A stretch of DNA of 64,000 nt, from positions 2,144,001 to 2,208,000 of the forward strand of contig CBDCWG010000012.1 in NCBI GenBank assembly GCA_965223345.1. Direction: 5' to 3'. Below, piece after piece: positions 39,763 through 49,870 of this stretch. The translations under genes were made by a program, and so were the position numbers. Positions within the stretch are counted from its first letter, which is position 1. Every line of letters begins with the position of its first letter. The notes under the pieces were generated by a model. The model was given only the letters and a program-made list of their open reading frames with translations, had not been told where the DNA came from and ran no database searches. Origin of the DNA: Nitrospinales bacterium (GTDB taxonomy: Bacteria; Nitrospinota; Nitrospinia; Nitrospinales; VA-1).

Positions 39763-41307
39763 TTACGGAAAAACTTTAACAGGTTCGTCTCTTAAGGTCA
39801 CTCCCAGGACTTTCAGCTTGAACGTAACTGGGAAGTCTGACTTGTTCGTGACAGTGAGCCTTCGTATAAAACCCGAATTCCCAGGATCACGGACGTTATC
39901 CCATCTGTAGGTTATCCTTCCGTTCACTGTGGTCGGATAAACGCTTTCTAAATAAAACTGATGCCTGTCTTGGCGTTCAAAATGAGAGCCATGCTTCCCA
40001 TTAGCTTGAACAGAAGCGGTCTTATTCATCAACTCGGTTTTTATCAGTTCTGTAATCGTGGGTGGCGGATCTAAATTGATCTTTACTACTTTCAGCTTGA
40101 ACGTAACTAGGAAGTCTGACTTGTTCTTAACGGTGAGCCTTCTTATAAACCTTGAATTTCCTGGATCACGCACATTATCCCACTCGTAAGTTATCCTTCC
40201 GTTCACCGTAGTCGGGTAAACGCTTTCTAAATAAAACTGATGCCTGTCTTGCATTTCAAAATGAAATCCGTGCTTCCCATTAGCTTGAACAGAAGCGGTC
40301 TCGTTCATTTCCACAGTATGCGGAACTTTGGCTAATGAAACAGGACTGACTTTGTGTCTGAAACTAACTGGGAAGTCAGATTGATTTAAAACAGTGAGCC
40401 GCCTTATAAATCTCGACGGACCGGGGTCACGCACATTATCCCATTCGTATCTCAAAATCCCATTGATTGTCAGGGGGTAGACGCTGACTAGGTTGAATTG
40501 ATGTTGATCTCGACTTTCAAAGTGAAAACTATGTGTACTATTGGCTTTAACAGTTGATGTATCTGGGTAAATCCAATTATATGCCAAGTCGGTTGGGTCA
40601 TAATTTCCAGGTAAAGATGATGCAACACCTACAATATTTCCAGCAGCATTTAGCGCCGGTCCACCGGAGTCGCCAAGGCAAGCTCCCGCAGTATTTGTCC
40701 CAATTCTCAACGTGACGTTACCCGTTGATATTTCGTGCAACGGTAATGTTACTTTGCGCTTTCCTTGGGGAATGGGTGGATCAGTGATGCAGGCACTACC
40801 GCCTGTTCCAAATCCTATTATAGTGAGACTTTCTCCCAGTTTTGGACGTTGAGTAGGCAACTCCAAGGGAATCGGTTTCACAAGGGCAATGTCGGTTGCC
40901 TTTTGATTTAAACGAACGATTGCGAAGTCATTGCTCAACCAATTTGAATCGGTAGCGAATTTTGGGTGGAGGCTGACTGATCCTGTCATGTTTATGTTTC
41001 GACGTGTCGTGGGGGAGTCAATTGGACGGATATTTCTCAGTGTAAAGATTGCCTGGGAGGCGCACCCTTCCCTGGATTCATCCTCAGGGCAGACACAATG
41101 AGCTGCGGTGAGTACAAGATCAGGTTCAATCAATGTCGCTGTACATACTCCATTTAAACTCCCAACGGCTTCAAATTCTGTCACTGGAACGGGATCACCA
41201 TTTTTTATTGAATGCGTAGAAGACCCTATATCGTCAGAGTAAGCCAATTCATTCATTAGAAGCATGCTTAATAAAACGATTAACAATTGACTGCATATGG
41301 AGCGCAT
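39763..41307 (-). CDS. Secreted trypsin-like (S1) serine protease with three C-terminal repeats
   Basis: Signal peptide; triad motifs LTAAHC, NDFA, GDSGGP; AT-rich relative to flanks. Confidence 0.88.
   Translation of the reverse strand: MRSICSQLLIVLLSMLLMNELAYSDDIGSSTHSIKNGDPVPVTEFEAVGSLNGVCTATLIEPDLVLTAAHCVCPEDESREGCASQAIFTLRNIRPIDSPTTRRNINMTGSVSLHPKFATDSNWLSNDFAIVRLNQKATDIALVKPIPLELPTQRPKLGESLTIIGFGTGGSACITDPPIPQGKRKVTLPLHEISTGNVTLRIGTNTAGACLGDSGGPALNAAGNIVGVASSLPGNYDPTDLAYNWIYPDTSTVKANSTHSFHFESRDQHQFNLVSVYPLTINGILRYEWDNVRDPGPSRFIRRLTVLNQSDFPVSFRHKVSPVSLAKVPHTVEMNETASVQANGKHGFHFEMQDRHQFYLESVYPTTVNGRITYEWDNVRDPGNSRFIRRLTVKNKSDFLVTFKLKVVKINLDPPPTITELIKTELMNKTASVQANGKHGSHFERQDRHQFYLESVYPTTVNGRITYRWDNVRDPGNSGFIRRLTVTNKSDFPVTFKLKVLGVTLRDEPVKVFP
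39811..40550 (-). repeat. Three intragenic domain repeats (periods 279 and 261 nt)
   Basis: H.FHFE..D.HQF.L.SVYP.T.NG...Y.WDNVRDPG.S.FIRRLTV.N.SDF.V.F occurs three times. Confidence 0.9.
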
Positions 41308-41783
41308 TTTATACCTTCTTTCTAAATTGGTATCTTCAGATATCTATTAATACTTTTGGAGGTGTTCCATATAAAGTCCCAGAACCTTCAACTATTAGGC
41401 TGAGAGTGAGAAACAATTCTTTGTAGTGAATTGAAATATAGATGTAATTGGGTAGGGTAAATATCGTTGAGACTCTATTTCCTCTGTCATACTTTGTACT
41501 ATGGTTGACGGATCTATCCATCTGGAAAACGAACCACCAATTGAAGCCTGTAAATGCTTTAGATCGAGATTGGTCCGCTCAGGTGCGCTTGGAGGAGTTG
41601 TGATCATCCCAAAAGAAATTCTGCACGAGGTGTTTGCCGCTTGTGTCGAGCGGGCTAGAATCATTAATGTGTTTGATGATCCTATTCAAAAAGGCGGTGG
41701 CGGATACGGGCAAGAAAAAGCTGATCATGCCGGTGCTCGATGAACTGTGCATTGAAACCACCCAGAATTTGGGAGGTGGGACT

Positions 41784-42224
41784 TTAAAGCGTCAGCGTGT
41801 AGCGGTAAAACGAGCGGTCGCGCTCGTAGCCGAGGGACTCATACAGTTTTTGCGCGGAATAGTTGGCGATCTGAGTGGCCAGTTCGATGCGCAGCGCGCC
41901 GGTCTGGATCGCGTGCTGTCTAGCCGTTTCCATGAGCCGGCGGGCGACGTTCGTGCGCCGCTGCCCTTTGTCAACGTACAGGTCGTTCAGGATCCAGATG
42001 GGTTGCATGCTCACGGATGAAAAGCCGGGATACAGCTGGGTGAAGCCCGCCAGCACGCCGTCCTGCTCCGCCGCGTAGATCACCGAATCATTTTTTTGCA
42101 GCCGGTCGCGGATGAACGCCTCGGACCCTTGCGGGTCGGAGGGCTGCTGGTAAAAAACGCGGTAGCGGTCGAACAATTCAGCCAGTTGCTTCAGGTGCCC
42201 GGGGTTCGCCCGTGTGATCTGCAT
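41784..42224 (-). CDS. GNAT family N-acetyltransferase
   Basis: From ATG 42224: LFDRYRVFY, GFTQLYP.FSS, ILNDLYV, AQKLYESLGY. Confidence 0.88.
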   Translation of the reverse strand: MQITRANPGHLKQLAELFDRYRVFYQQPSDPQGSEAFIRDRLQKNDSVIYAAEQDGVLAGFTQLYPGFSSVSMQPIWILNDLYVDKGQRRTNVARRLMETARQHAIQTGALRIELATQIANYSAQKLYESLGYERDRSFYRYTLTL

Positions 42225-42229
42225 GGGAG

Positions 42230-42556
42230 TCACTTGGTAAAGCCGTACACCGTTTCCACTTTGGCGATGCGGACTTCGTAGCGTTCGTAATATTTTTCCT
42301 TTCCCATTTTTTTGGTTTCCACGTGTTCGGCGTTTTTTCTCCAGGCGTCGATGGATTCGAGATCCTTCCAGTAGGAGATGGCGATGCCGAAGCCGGCATT
42401 CTCGGCGGCTTCGACGCCCAGATACCCCGGTATTTTGGACGCGAGTTCCAGCATGCGCATGAGTCTTTCTTCGTAGCCTTCGAGATCGCTGGTGGTTTTG
42501 GCGGTGAAGATGGCGGCGTAGTAGGGCGGCTGGGGTGTTTCGGCGATTCCGGTCAT
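42230..42556 (-). CDS. Antibiotic biosynthesis monooxygenase (ABM) family protein
   Basis: PPYYAAIFT, PGYLGVE, ISYWKDLESIDAW...EH, RIAKVE. Confidence 0.85.
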   Translation of the reverse strand: MTGIAETPQPPYYAAIFTAKTTSDLEGYEERLMRMLELASKIPGYLGVEAAENAGFGIAISYWKDLESIDAWRKNAEHVETKKMGKEKYYERYEVRIAKVETVYGFTK

Positions 42557-42669
42557 GACCTTTCCTTTCGAGCGTGACCCCTGACGGGTGCAATGGATTA
42601 AACGGGACCGCTTATTCTAGCAGACGGAGAGAGCGAGGCAAAATCGGAGGGGATGAAAGCAGAAGCAGC

Positions 42670-43020
42670 CTCGCGCAAAGCCGCCAAGCCACTTCCAGTA
42701 TTTTGATAAGCGGGTGTCGAGCTATGCTCGACCAAGGCGCAAAGAAAGGCGGGAGACAGGATAACAGGATGGAATAAGGGAAAAGCAAAAAGACGGATTT
42801 CACCGCAAAGACGCGAAGGACGCAAAGAAAATCCAAAAAGGATCAGTTCAATGATCCCTCTCCCTTGGAGGGAGGTCAAGCGAAGCTTGGCACCCGCTTA
42901 TCAAAATACTGACGGTGGCTTGAGGGTGGGGTGAGGGGGAAGAAAAATCCTTCCTCATGCCTTTAAAGACAGGTTTTCAGGATGGCTAACGAAGTCATCC
43001 TTCGACAGGCTCAGGATGAC
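42670..43020. repeat. Cluster of short intergenic repeats including a 38-bp inverted pair
   Basis: 42686-42723 versus reverse complement of 42884-42921 (33/38); CCCTCTCCC..GGGAG..GGGGTGAGGGG REP-like unit; GTCATCCTTCGACAGGCTCAGGATGAC. Confidence 0.75.
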
Positions 43021-43073
43021 AGAAAAGAGGGGTTCGAGACCTACAAGTGCGAAGTGTAAAGCGTATTGCCGGG

Positions 43074-43400
43074 CTATTTCTTTTTCTTGAATTGGATCAC
43101 CAGCCGCTCGACGATGCGGCCGTTCTGGATGTGCTCGGTGAGGATCTCTTCCATGTCCTCCTTGGTGCGCGGGGCGTACCAGACGCCTTCCGGGTAGACG
43201 ACCAGGGCGGGGCCGTGCTGGCAGGCGTCGAGACAGCCCGCCTTGTTGATGCGGACTTTGCCCTTGAGCCCGGCTGCGTGCACGCGGCTTTTGATGTGGT
43301 CGATGAGTTCCGGAGACCCGGCTTGAGTGCAGGAACCGCGCGGATCGTCCTCGCTGCGTTTGTTGTTGCAGATGAATAGATGCTTCTCAAAGCGGGACAT
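43074..43400 (-). CDS. Thioredoxin-like [2Fe-2S] ferredoxin
   Basis: HLFICNN..RGSC, RINKAGCLDAC, GPALVVYPEGVWY. Confidence 0.92.
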   Translation of the reverse strand: MSRFEKHLFICNNKRSEDDPRGSCTQAGSPELIDHIKSRVHAAGLKGKVRINKAGCLDACQHGPALVVYPEGVWYAPRTKEDMEEILTEHIQNGRIVERLVIQFKKKK

Positions 43401-43436
43401 GCTGGCAGGCGACAGGGATTGCCCTGAACGTAAGAA

Positions 43437-44456
43437 TTATTTTTTTTCGCCGGGTTTGGCGATTCTCTGAGGGTGCGACTGAAAGTATTCCTTGAACTTG
43501 CCGAAGTTGATGTAGCAGCGTTCGCAACTGTCGGGAAACACGGTGACGATCACGCCTTTTTCGATGCGTTTGGCTAGCTCCAGTGCGCCGAAGGTCGCGG
43601 CGGCGGCGGAATGGCCGACGAGGATGCCTTCCTCCTTTTCCAGGCTTTCCACCATGTTGTAGGCGTCTTCGGTGCTCACGCTGATCTTGCCGTCGAGTTC
43701 CTCTTCCTTGTAGATGCCGGGCACGATGGAGGACGCCATGTGCTTGAGGCCTTCCAGGCCGTGCAGCTCTTCCGCCGGTTCGACGGCCAGACACTGGATG
43801 TCGGGATTGAGTTCGTGCAGCCGGCGCGTGTTGCCCATGATGGTGCCGCCGGTGCCGATGCCGGCGAGGAAATGCGTGATGCGTCCCTGGGTCTGCTCCC
43901 AGATTTCCATGGCCGTGGTCTCGTAATGCGCTTTCCAGTTGGAGTCGTTGTTGTACTGATCGGGCATGAAGTACAGATCCGGATTTTCCTCGTAGATCTT
44001 CTTGGCGAGCACGATGGCCCCGTCCGAACCCTCGAAGGGGCTGGAGGTGACGATCTCTGCGCCGTAAAAATCCGCCATCAGCCCCTTGCGCTCCTTGCAG
44101 ACGTTGGCGGGCATCACCAGCTTGACCTTGTAGCCCTTCACCTTGCCGATGAGCGCGTAGGCGATGCCGGTGTTGCCGGAGGTGGAGTCGAGGATGATCT
44201 TGTCCTTGGTCAGCGCGCCGGATTTCTCCCCGTCCTCGATCATTTTGAGGGCGGGGCGCGATTTGACGGATCCGCCCGCGTTGCGCCACTCGGCCTTGGC
44301 GTAGATCTCCACGTTCGGACAGTCTTTCCCCAGGTGATTGAGCCGGATCAGCGGCGTGTTGCCGATGGACTCGAGCACCGAGGGATCGGTGATCACCGGA
44401 CAGGCCGGGGCTTGGACTTCAGAAGGAATCGGTAAATTCATTTTCAGCTTCGACAT
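43437..44456 (-). CDS. PLP-dependent cysteine synthase family protein (CysM-like)
   Basis: IGNTPL, GGSVKSRPA, TSGNTGIA, GIGTGGT, LEGLKHM. Confidence 0.88.
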   Translation of the reverse strand: MSKLKMNLPIPSEVQAPACPVITDPSVLESIGNTPLIRLNHLGKDCPNVEIYAKAEWRNAGGSVKSRPALKMIEDGEKSGALTKDKIILDSTSGNTGIAYALIGKVKGYKVKLVMPANVCKERKGLMADFYGAEIVTSSPFEGSDGAIVLAKKIYEENPDLYFMPDQYNNDSNWKAHYETTAMEIWEQTQGRITHFLAGIGTGGTIMGNTRRLHELNPDIQCLAVEPAEELHGLEGLKHMASSIVPGIYKEEELDGKISVSTEDAYNMVESLEKEEGILVGHSAAAATFGALELAKRIEKGVIVTVFPDSCERCYINFGKFKEYFQSHPQRIAKPGEKK

Positions 44457-44546
44457 TACTGGTTAGATGGAGTTTATCTTCAGAAGATTCCTGGGGCTGG
44501 CAAAAAGCAGGGTTGTTTCTGAAAATACGTCCACGGTCGTTTGAAT

Positions 44547-45353
44547 TCAGCGCGACATTCCGCAAAACTCCTCATAATCAATCAATTCGGTGATGGTGGG
44601 GTTCTCACTGCACACAGGGCAGTGGACATCCCGCTTGAGTTTGAGTTTGCGAAACTCCGTATTCAGCGCATCGTAGATCAAAAGCGATCCGATCAGGGAA
44701 CTGCCGGTGCCGAGGATCAGCTTGACCGTCTCGACGACCTGGAAATTGCCAATCACCCCGGCCAGCACGCCCAGCACGCCGCCTTCCTGGCAGTTGGGCA
44801 CCAGCCCCGGCGGCGGCGGTTCGGGGTACAGGCAGCGGTAGCAGGGACCCTCTTTGGGTTTGAACACGGTGGCCTGGCCTTCGAAACGGAAAATGCTGCC
44901 GTGGATGTTGGTCTTGCCCATCATGACGCAGGCGTCGTTGATCAGGTAGCGGGTGGCGAAGTTGTCGGTGCCGTCCAGGATGTAGTCGTAGTTTTCGAAC
45001 AGCCCCTTGATGTTCTGGGAACTCAGCCGCTCGTTGAACAGCGTCACCTTGACGTCGGGGTTGAGGGCCTGGATGGTCTTTTTCGCCGACTCGGTCTTGA
45101 GCATGCCGATGCGCTCGGTCGAGTGGATGATCTGTCTTTGTAAATTTGACAGGTCCACGGTGTCGAAATCGACGATGCCCAGGTTGCCGACGCCCGCTGC
45201 GGCCAAGTAGTAGGCGGCCGGCGATCCGAGCCCGCCCGCGCCGATCAGGAGCACTTTGGCGTCCAGCAGCTTTTTCTGCCCCACGCCGCCCACCTCGGGC
45301 AGCATGATGTGACGGCTGTAGCGCTCGATCTGCTCGTCGGTGAAATCGGTCAT
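44547..45353 (-). CDS. moeB: MoeB/ThiF family sulfur-carrier adenylyltransferase
   Basis: RYSRH, GAGGLGS, DLSNLQRQ, DGTDNF, PCYRC, active-site NCQEGG, CPVC; no rhodanese domain. Confidence 0.9.
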   Translation of the reverse strand: MTDFTDEQIERYSRHIMLPEVGGVGQKKLLDAKVLLIGAGGLGSPAAYYLAAAGVGNLGIVDFDTVDLSNLQRQIIHSTERIGMLKTESAKKTIQALNPDVKVTLFNERLSSQNIKGLFENYDYILDGTDNFATRYLINDACVMMGKTNIHGSIFRFEGQATVFKPKEGPCYRCLYPEPPPPGLVPNCQEGGVLGVLAGVIGNFQVVETVKLILGTGSSLIGSLLIYDALNTEFRKLKLKRDVHCPVCSENPTITELIDYEEFCGMSR

Positions 45354-45634
45354 GCGGCGGCCCCGCCGGCGATGGCCGGAATGATGGAGATTTCGTCGCC
45401 TTCCTTGACGGCGGTTTTCTCTCCTTCGAGGAAGCGGATGTCTTCTTCGTTCACATATATATTGATGAAACGGCGCGGGGTGCCGTTTTCTTCACAGATG
45501 CGTTCCTTGATTCCGTTGAACTGGGTTTCCAGACTGTTGAAAATGTCCGAAATGGTCGCCCCTTCCGCCGTGACCTCACTCTGGTTGTTCGTCAGCTTCA
45601 TGAGAGGGGTCGGAATCCTGACTTTCACTGCCAT
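45350..45634 (-). CDS. MoaD/ThiS/CysO-like ubiquitin-fold sulfur carrier
   Basis: VRIPTPL, RRFINIYVNEEDIRFL, ISIIPAIAGG followed by AAA. Confidence 0.9.
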   Translation of the reverse strand: MAVKVRIPTPLMKLTNNQSEVTAEGATISDIFNSLETQFNGIKERICEENGTPRRFINIYVNEEDIRFLEGEKTAVKEGDEISIIPAIAGGAAA

Positions 45635-45644
45635 GACACACTCC

Positions 45645-46883
<1,239 letters not shown>

Positions 46884-46968
46884 CGGTACTCCTCAATAAC
46901 GTGAATTCAAAGGGCTGAGCCGCCTGATTGTTTTTCTCTGTTGTCCGGCGCGGCTTTTGATTCGCCTC

Positions 46969-47925
<957 letters not shown>

Positions 47926-47958
47926 GGCGTTCGTTTCCGCGCTGGATCGAAAGGATCA

Positions 47959-47987
47959 ATTTTAAGGGATCTTGCGGGCCCCGTCAA
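47959..47987 (-). promoter_or_regulatory. Putative sigma70 promoter of the cysK cluster
   Basis: Minus strand TTGACG-17 nt-TAAAAT. Confidence 0.6.
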
Positions 47988-48318
47988 CCGGGCGGGACCC
48001 TTCATTGAGGTCCAAGGGGCATTGATTTCAATGCATTCGGGAGGGATGGCCTCCTGACGGCCTGAGAAGGAGCGCATTGTCCCGCACCTGGCCGCGATTT
48101 GTGCTGAAAGGGTTGATTTTAATGCCGAATTTCCCGGACAGTATGCGGTAGATTCGCAGCGAATTCAACCGCAATTCAGCCCTTCGGACCGGCGATCTTG
48201 GGGGAGGGCAGACGGCCTTTGCGTGCGTCGCTCGTCTGTCCTGCTGAGAGACAGCTCAGGGCAGGCACTGTCGAAGCCTCTTTCAGGGCCGTACTGTCCC
48301 GAAAAAAATGAAACCCAA

Positions 48319-49749
48319 TCAGGCAAACCGCTCCTTTGTCTTGAGTCTGTCGGACGATTTCACCAGGACAAAAATTCCATACGCTGCAAGAGTGGAAAGG
48401 AAGGGGTGTGTTCCGAATGTGTAGTGGGAATGGCCCACGAAAACTGAAAATGGAAAGTAAGGGACTGCGTACAAGAAAATGGCGCCCAAAGGGTAGACCA
48501 GGCTTGATTTATCCGGATGATCCTTTTTCCAGGCCTGGACCAGGCCGATGAGCGTGAAACTCCATAGAGAAAAATAAAACAGAGAAATGAATAACGTATC
48601 GATCCTGGAGCCCAGGAATACCCGGTTTAAAAAAGATTCATCGCTCAAGGGGTGGGATTCGGGCAAAAAAACAGAGTGCATTACGGGGAAATAAAACGTC
48701 GCTGCATTGAGAAGGAATTTTTTGGCAAACAGGAAGGGGTGGTCCTTGACATGCTGGATGAATTTTTTGTTCAGCATTGCATCCATTTTGGGATCCTTGA
48801 ATCCCCAGATGTGAACCACTTCTTCGTGGGGGCGGTCGATTTCGGCGTAGCGCAGAATCTGGTCGAAAATATGCTCTTTTAATTTTTCTTCCCGGGTAAG
48901 TTTGTTTTTTATGGCTTCATCTCCGATGCCCCAGTGAGAATTGCCAGCGAAGTAAACCCATCCCGCGCTTCCGGTTACCGGCACGAAACTGCCCGTTCCC
49001 TCATAAACCACCCTATTTCGCTGGACCCACGGCGCCATGATCAATACCGTGAGAATCGTTGCTACCAGCCCCTTTTGCAGCCAGTCCTTCCTTTTTCGCA
49101 GGAGGCCCGTAAAGATCAATACCACGAAAACTCCGAACACAATGGGAAGCATGGTGCCATGACTCAAGATCAGGATCCCTCCTGTGATTCCGAGCGAAAT
49201 TCCACCTTTTCGTCGTTGTTTCTGGGGCAATTCCCGCTTCTGTAAAAAAATATGGAGGATGAGGTGATTGAATAAGGTGTACAGAAACAACTGAAAAATG
49301 ACGTAGATGGGATTTTTCAGAGTCCACAGGATCCAGGGATTCAGGATGAAGATCAATACGGCGGTTTTGGCAATGGCATCGCCGAAAAACCGTTGGGCCA
49401 TTTGAAAGAGCAAGAATGCGGTTCCAGCGAGGAGGAAGGCATTCATGACGATGACACCCAGCTGCTGCAGGGATTCGGGAAGCAGGGCCACGGGGATCAG
49501 GGCGAAGGCGTAGGCGGGGGGGCGGTGAATCACCGGCGGTCCACCGGGTTCAAAAACAAATCCATTTCCCTTAAGCAGGTTGCGGGCAAGCTCGATATAA
49601 CCATCGTGCCATTCCCCACCGAAACTTTTAGACAAACCAAAATAGGGGCCAATCAGGTAGCAGATTGAAACACTCGTTACCAACGCGAAGAGAAAGGTGA
49701 GCCAAAAAATCAATTTCGCTTCGTTGTGTTTATGGAGCCCGTTCATCAT
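48319..49749 (-). CDS. Polytopic membrane glycosyltransferase (ArnT/PMT-like, GT-C)
   Basis: Many TMs; DGYIELARNLLKGNG, HRPPAY, PWVQRN pattern; lower GC than the gsp genes. Confidence 0.65.
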   Translation of the reverse strand: MMNGLHKHNEAKLIFWLTFLFALVTSVSICYLIGPYFGLSKSFGGEWHDGYIELARNLLKGNGFVFEPGGPPVIHRPPAYAFALIPVALLPESLQQLGVIVMNAFLLAGTAFLLFQMAQRFFGDAIAKTAVLIFILNPWILWTLKNPIYVIFQLFLYTLFNHLILHIFLQKRELPQKQRRKGGISLGITGGILILSHGTMLPIVFGVFVVLIFTGLLRKRKDWLQKGLVATILTVLIMAPWVQRNRVVYEGTGSFVPVTGSAGWVYFAGNSHWGIGDEAIKNKLTREEKLKEHIFDQILRYAEIDRPHEEVVHIWGFKDPKMDAMLNKKFIQHVKDHPFLFAKKFLLNAATFYFPVMHSVFLPESHPLSDESFLNRVFLGSRIDTLFISLFYFSLWSFTLIGLVQAWKKDHPDKSSLVYPLGAIFLYAVPYFPFSVFVGHSHYTFGTHPFLSTLAAYGIFVLVKSSDRLKTKERFA

Positions 49750-49870
49750 GATGGATTTGGGTCGATCCCTTTCCGCTTTAAATGCAGCGATTCAGGCAAT
49801 CCGTGATTCTGATGGGGCCTGACTTGTTTCGCGTCATCACCACGGATTGCCCGCCCCCGCAGACTCACCC

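Noticed and set aside
39811..40308. Protease repeats as a DGR template/variable pair
   Set aside because: Both copies are in frame in one gene, mismatches are mostly synonymous and not adenine-specific, and no reverse transcriptase is present
42225..42593. 269-aa GNAT or ABM-GNAT fusion
   Set aside because: Extension is an off-frame reading of the ABM gene, which has its own stop
42670..43020. CRISPR array
   Set aside because: Only two long copies, inverted, no regular spacers, no cas genes
47930..48310. SAM riboswitch or T-box upstream of cysK
   Set aside because: No consensus elements found; likely promoter is only about 35 nt from the start
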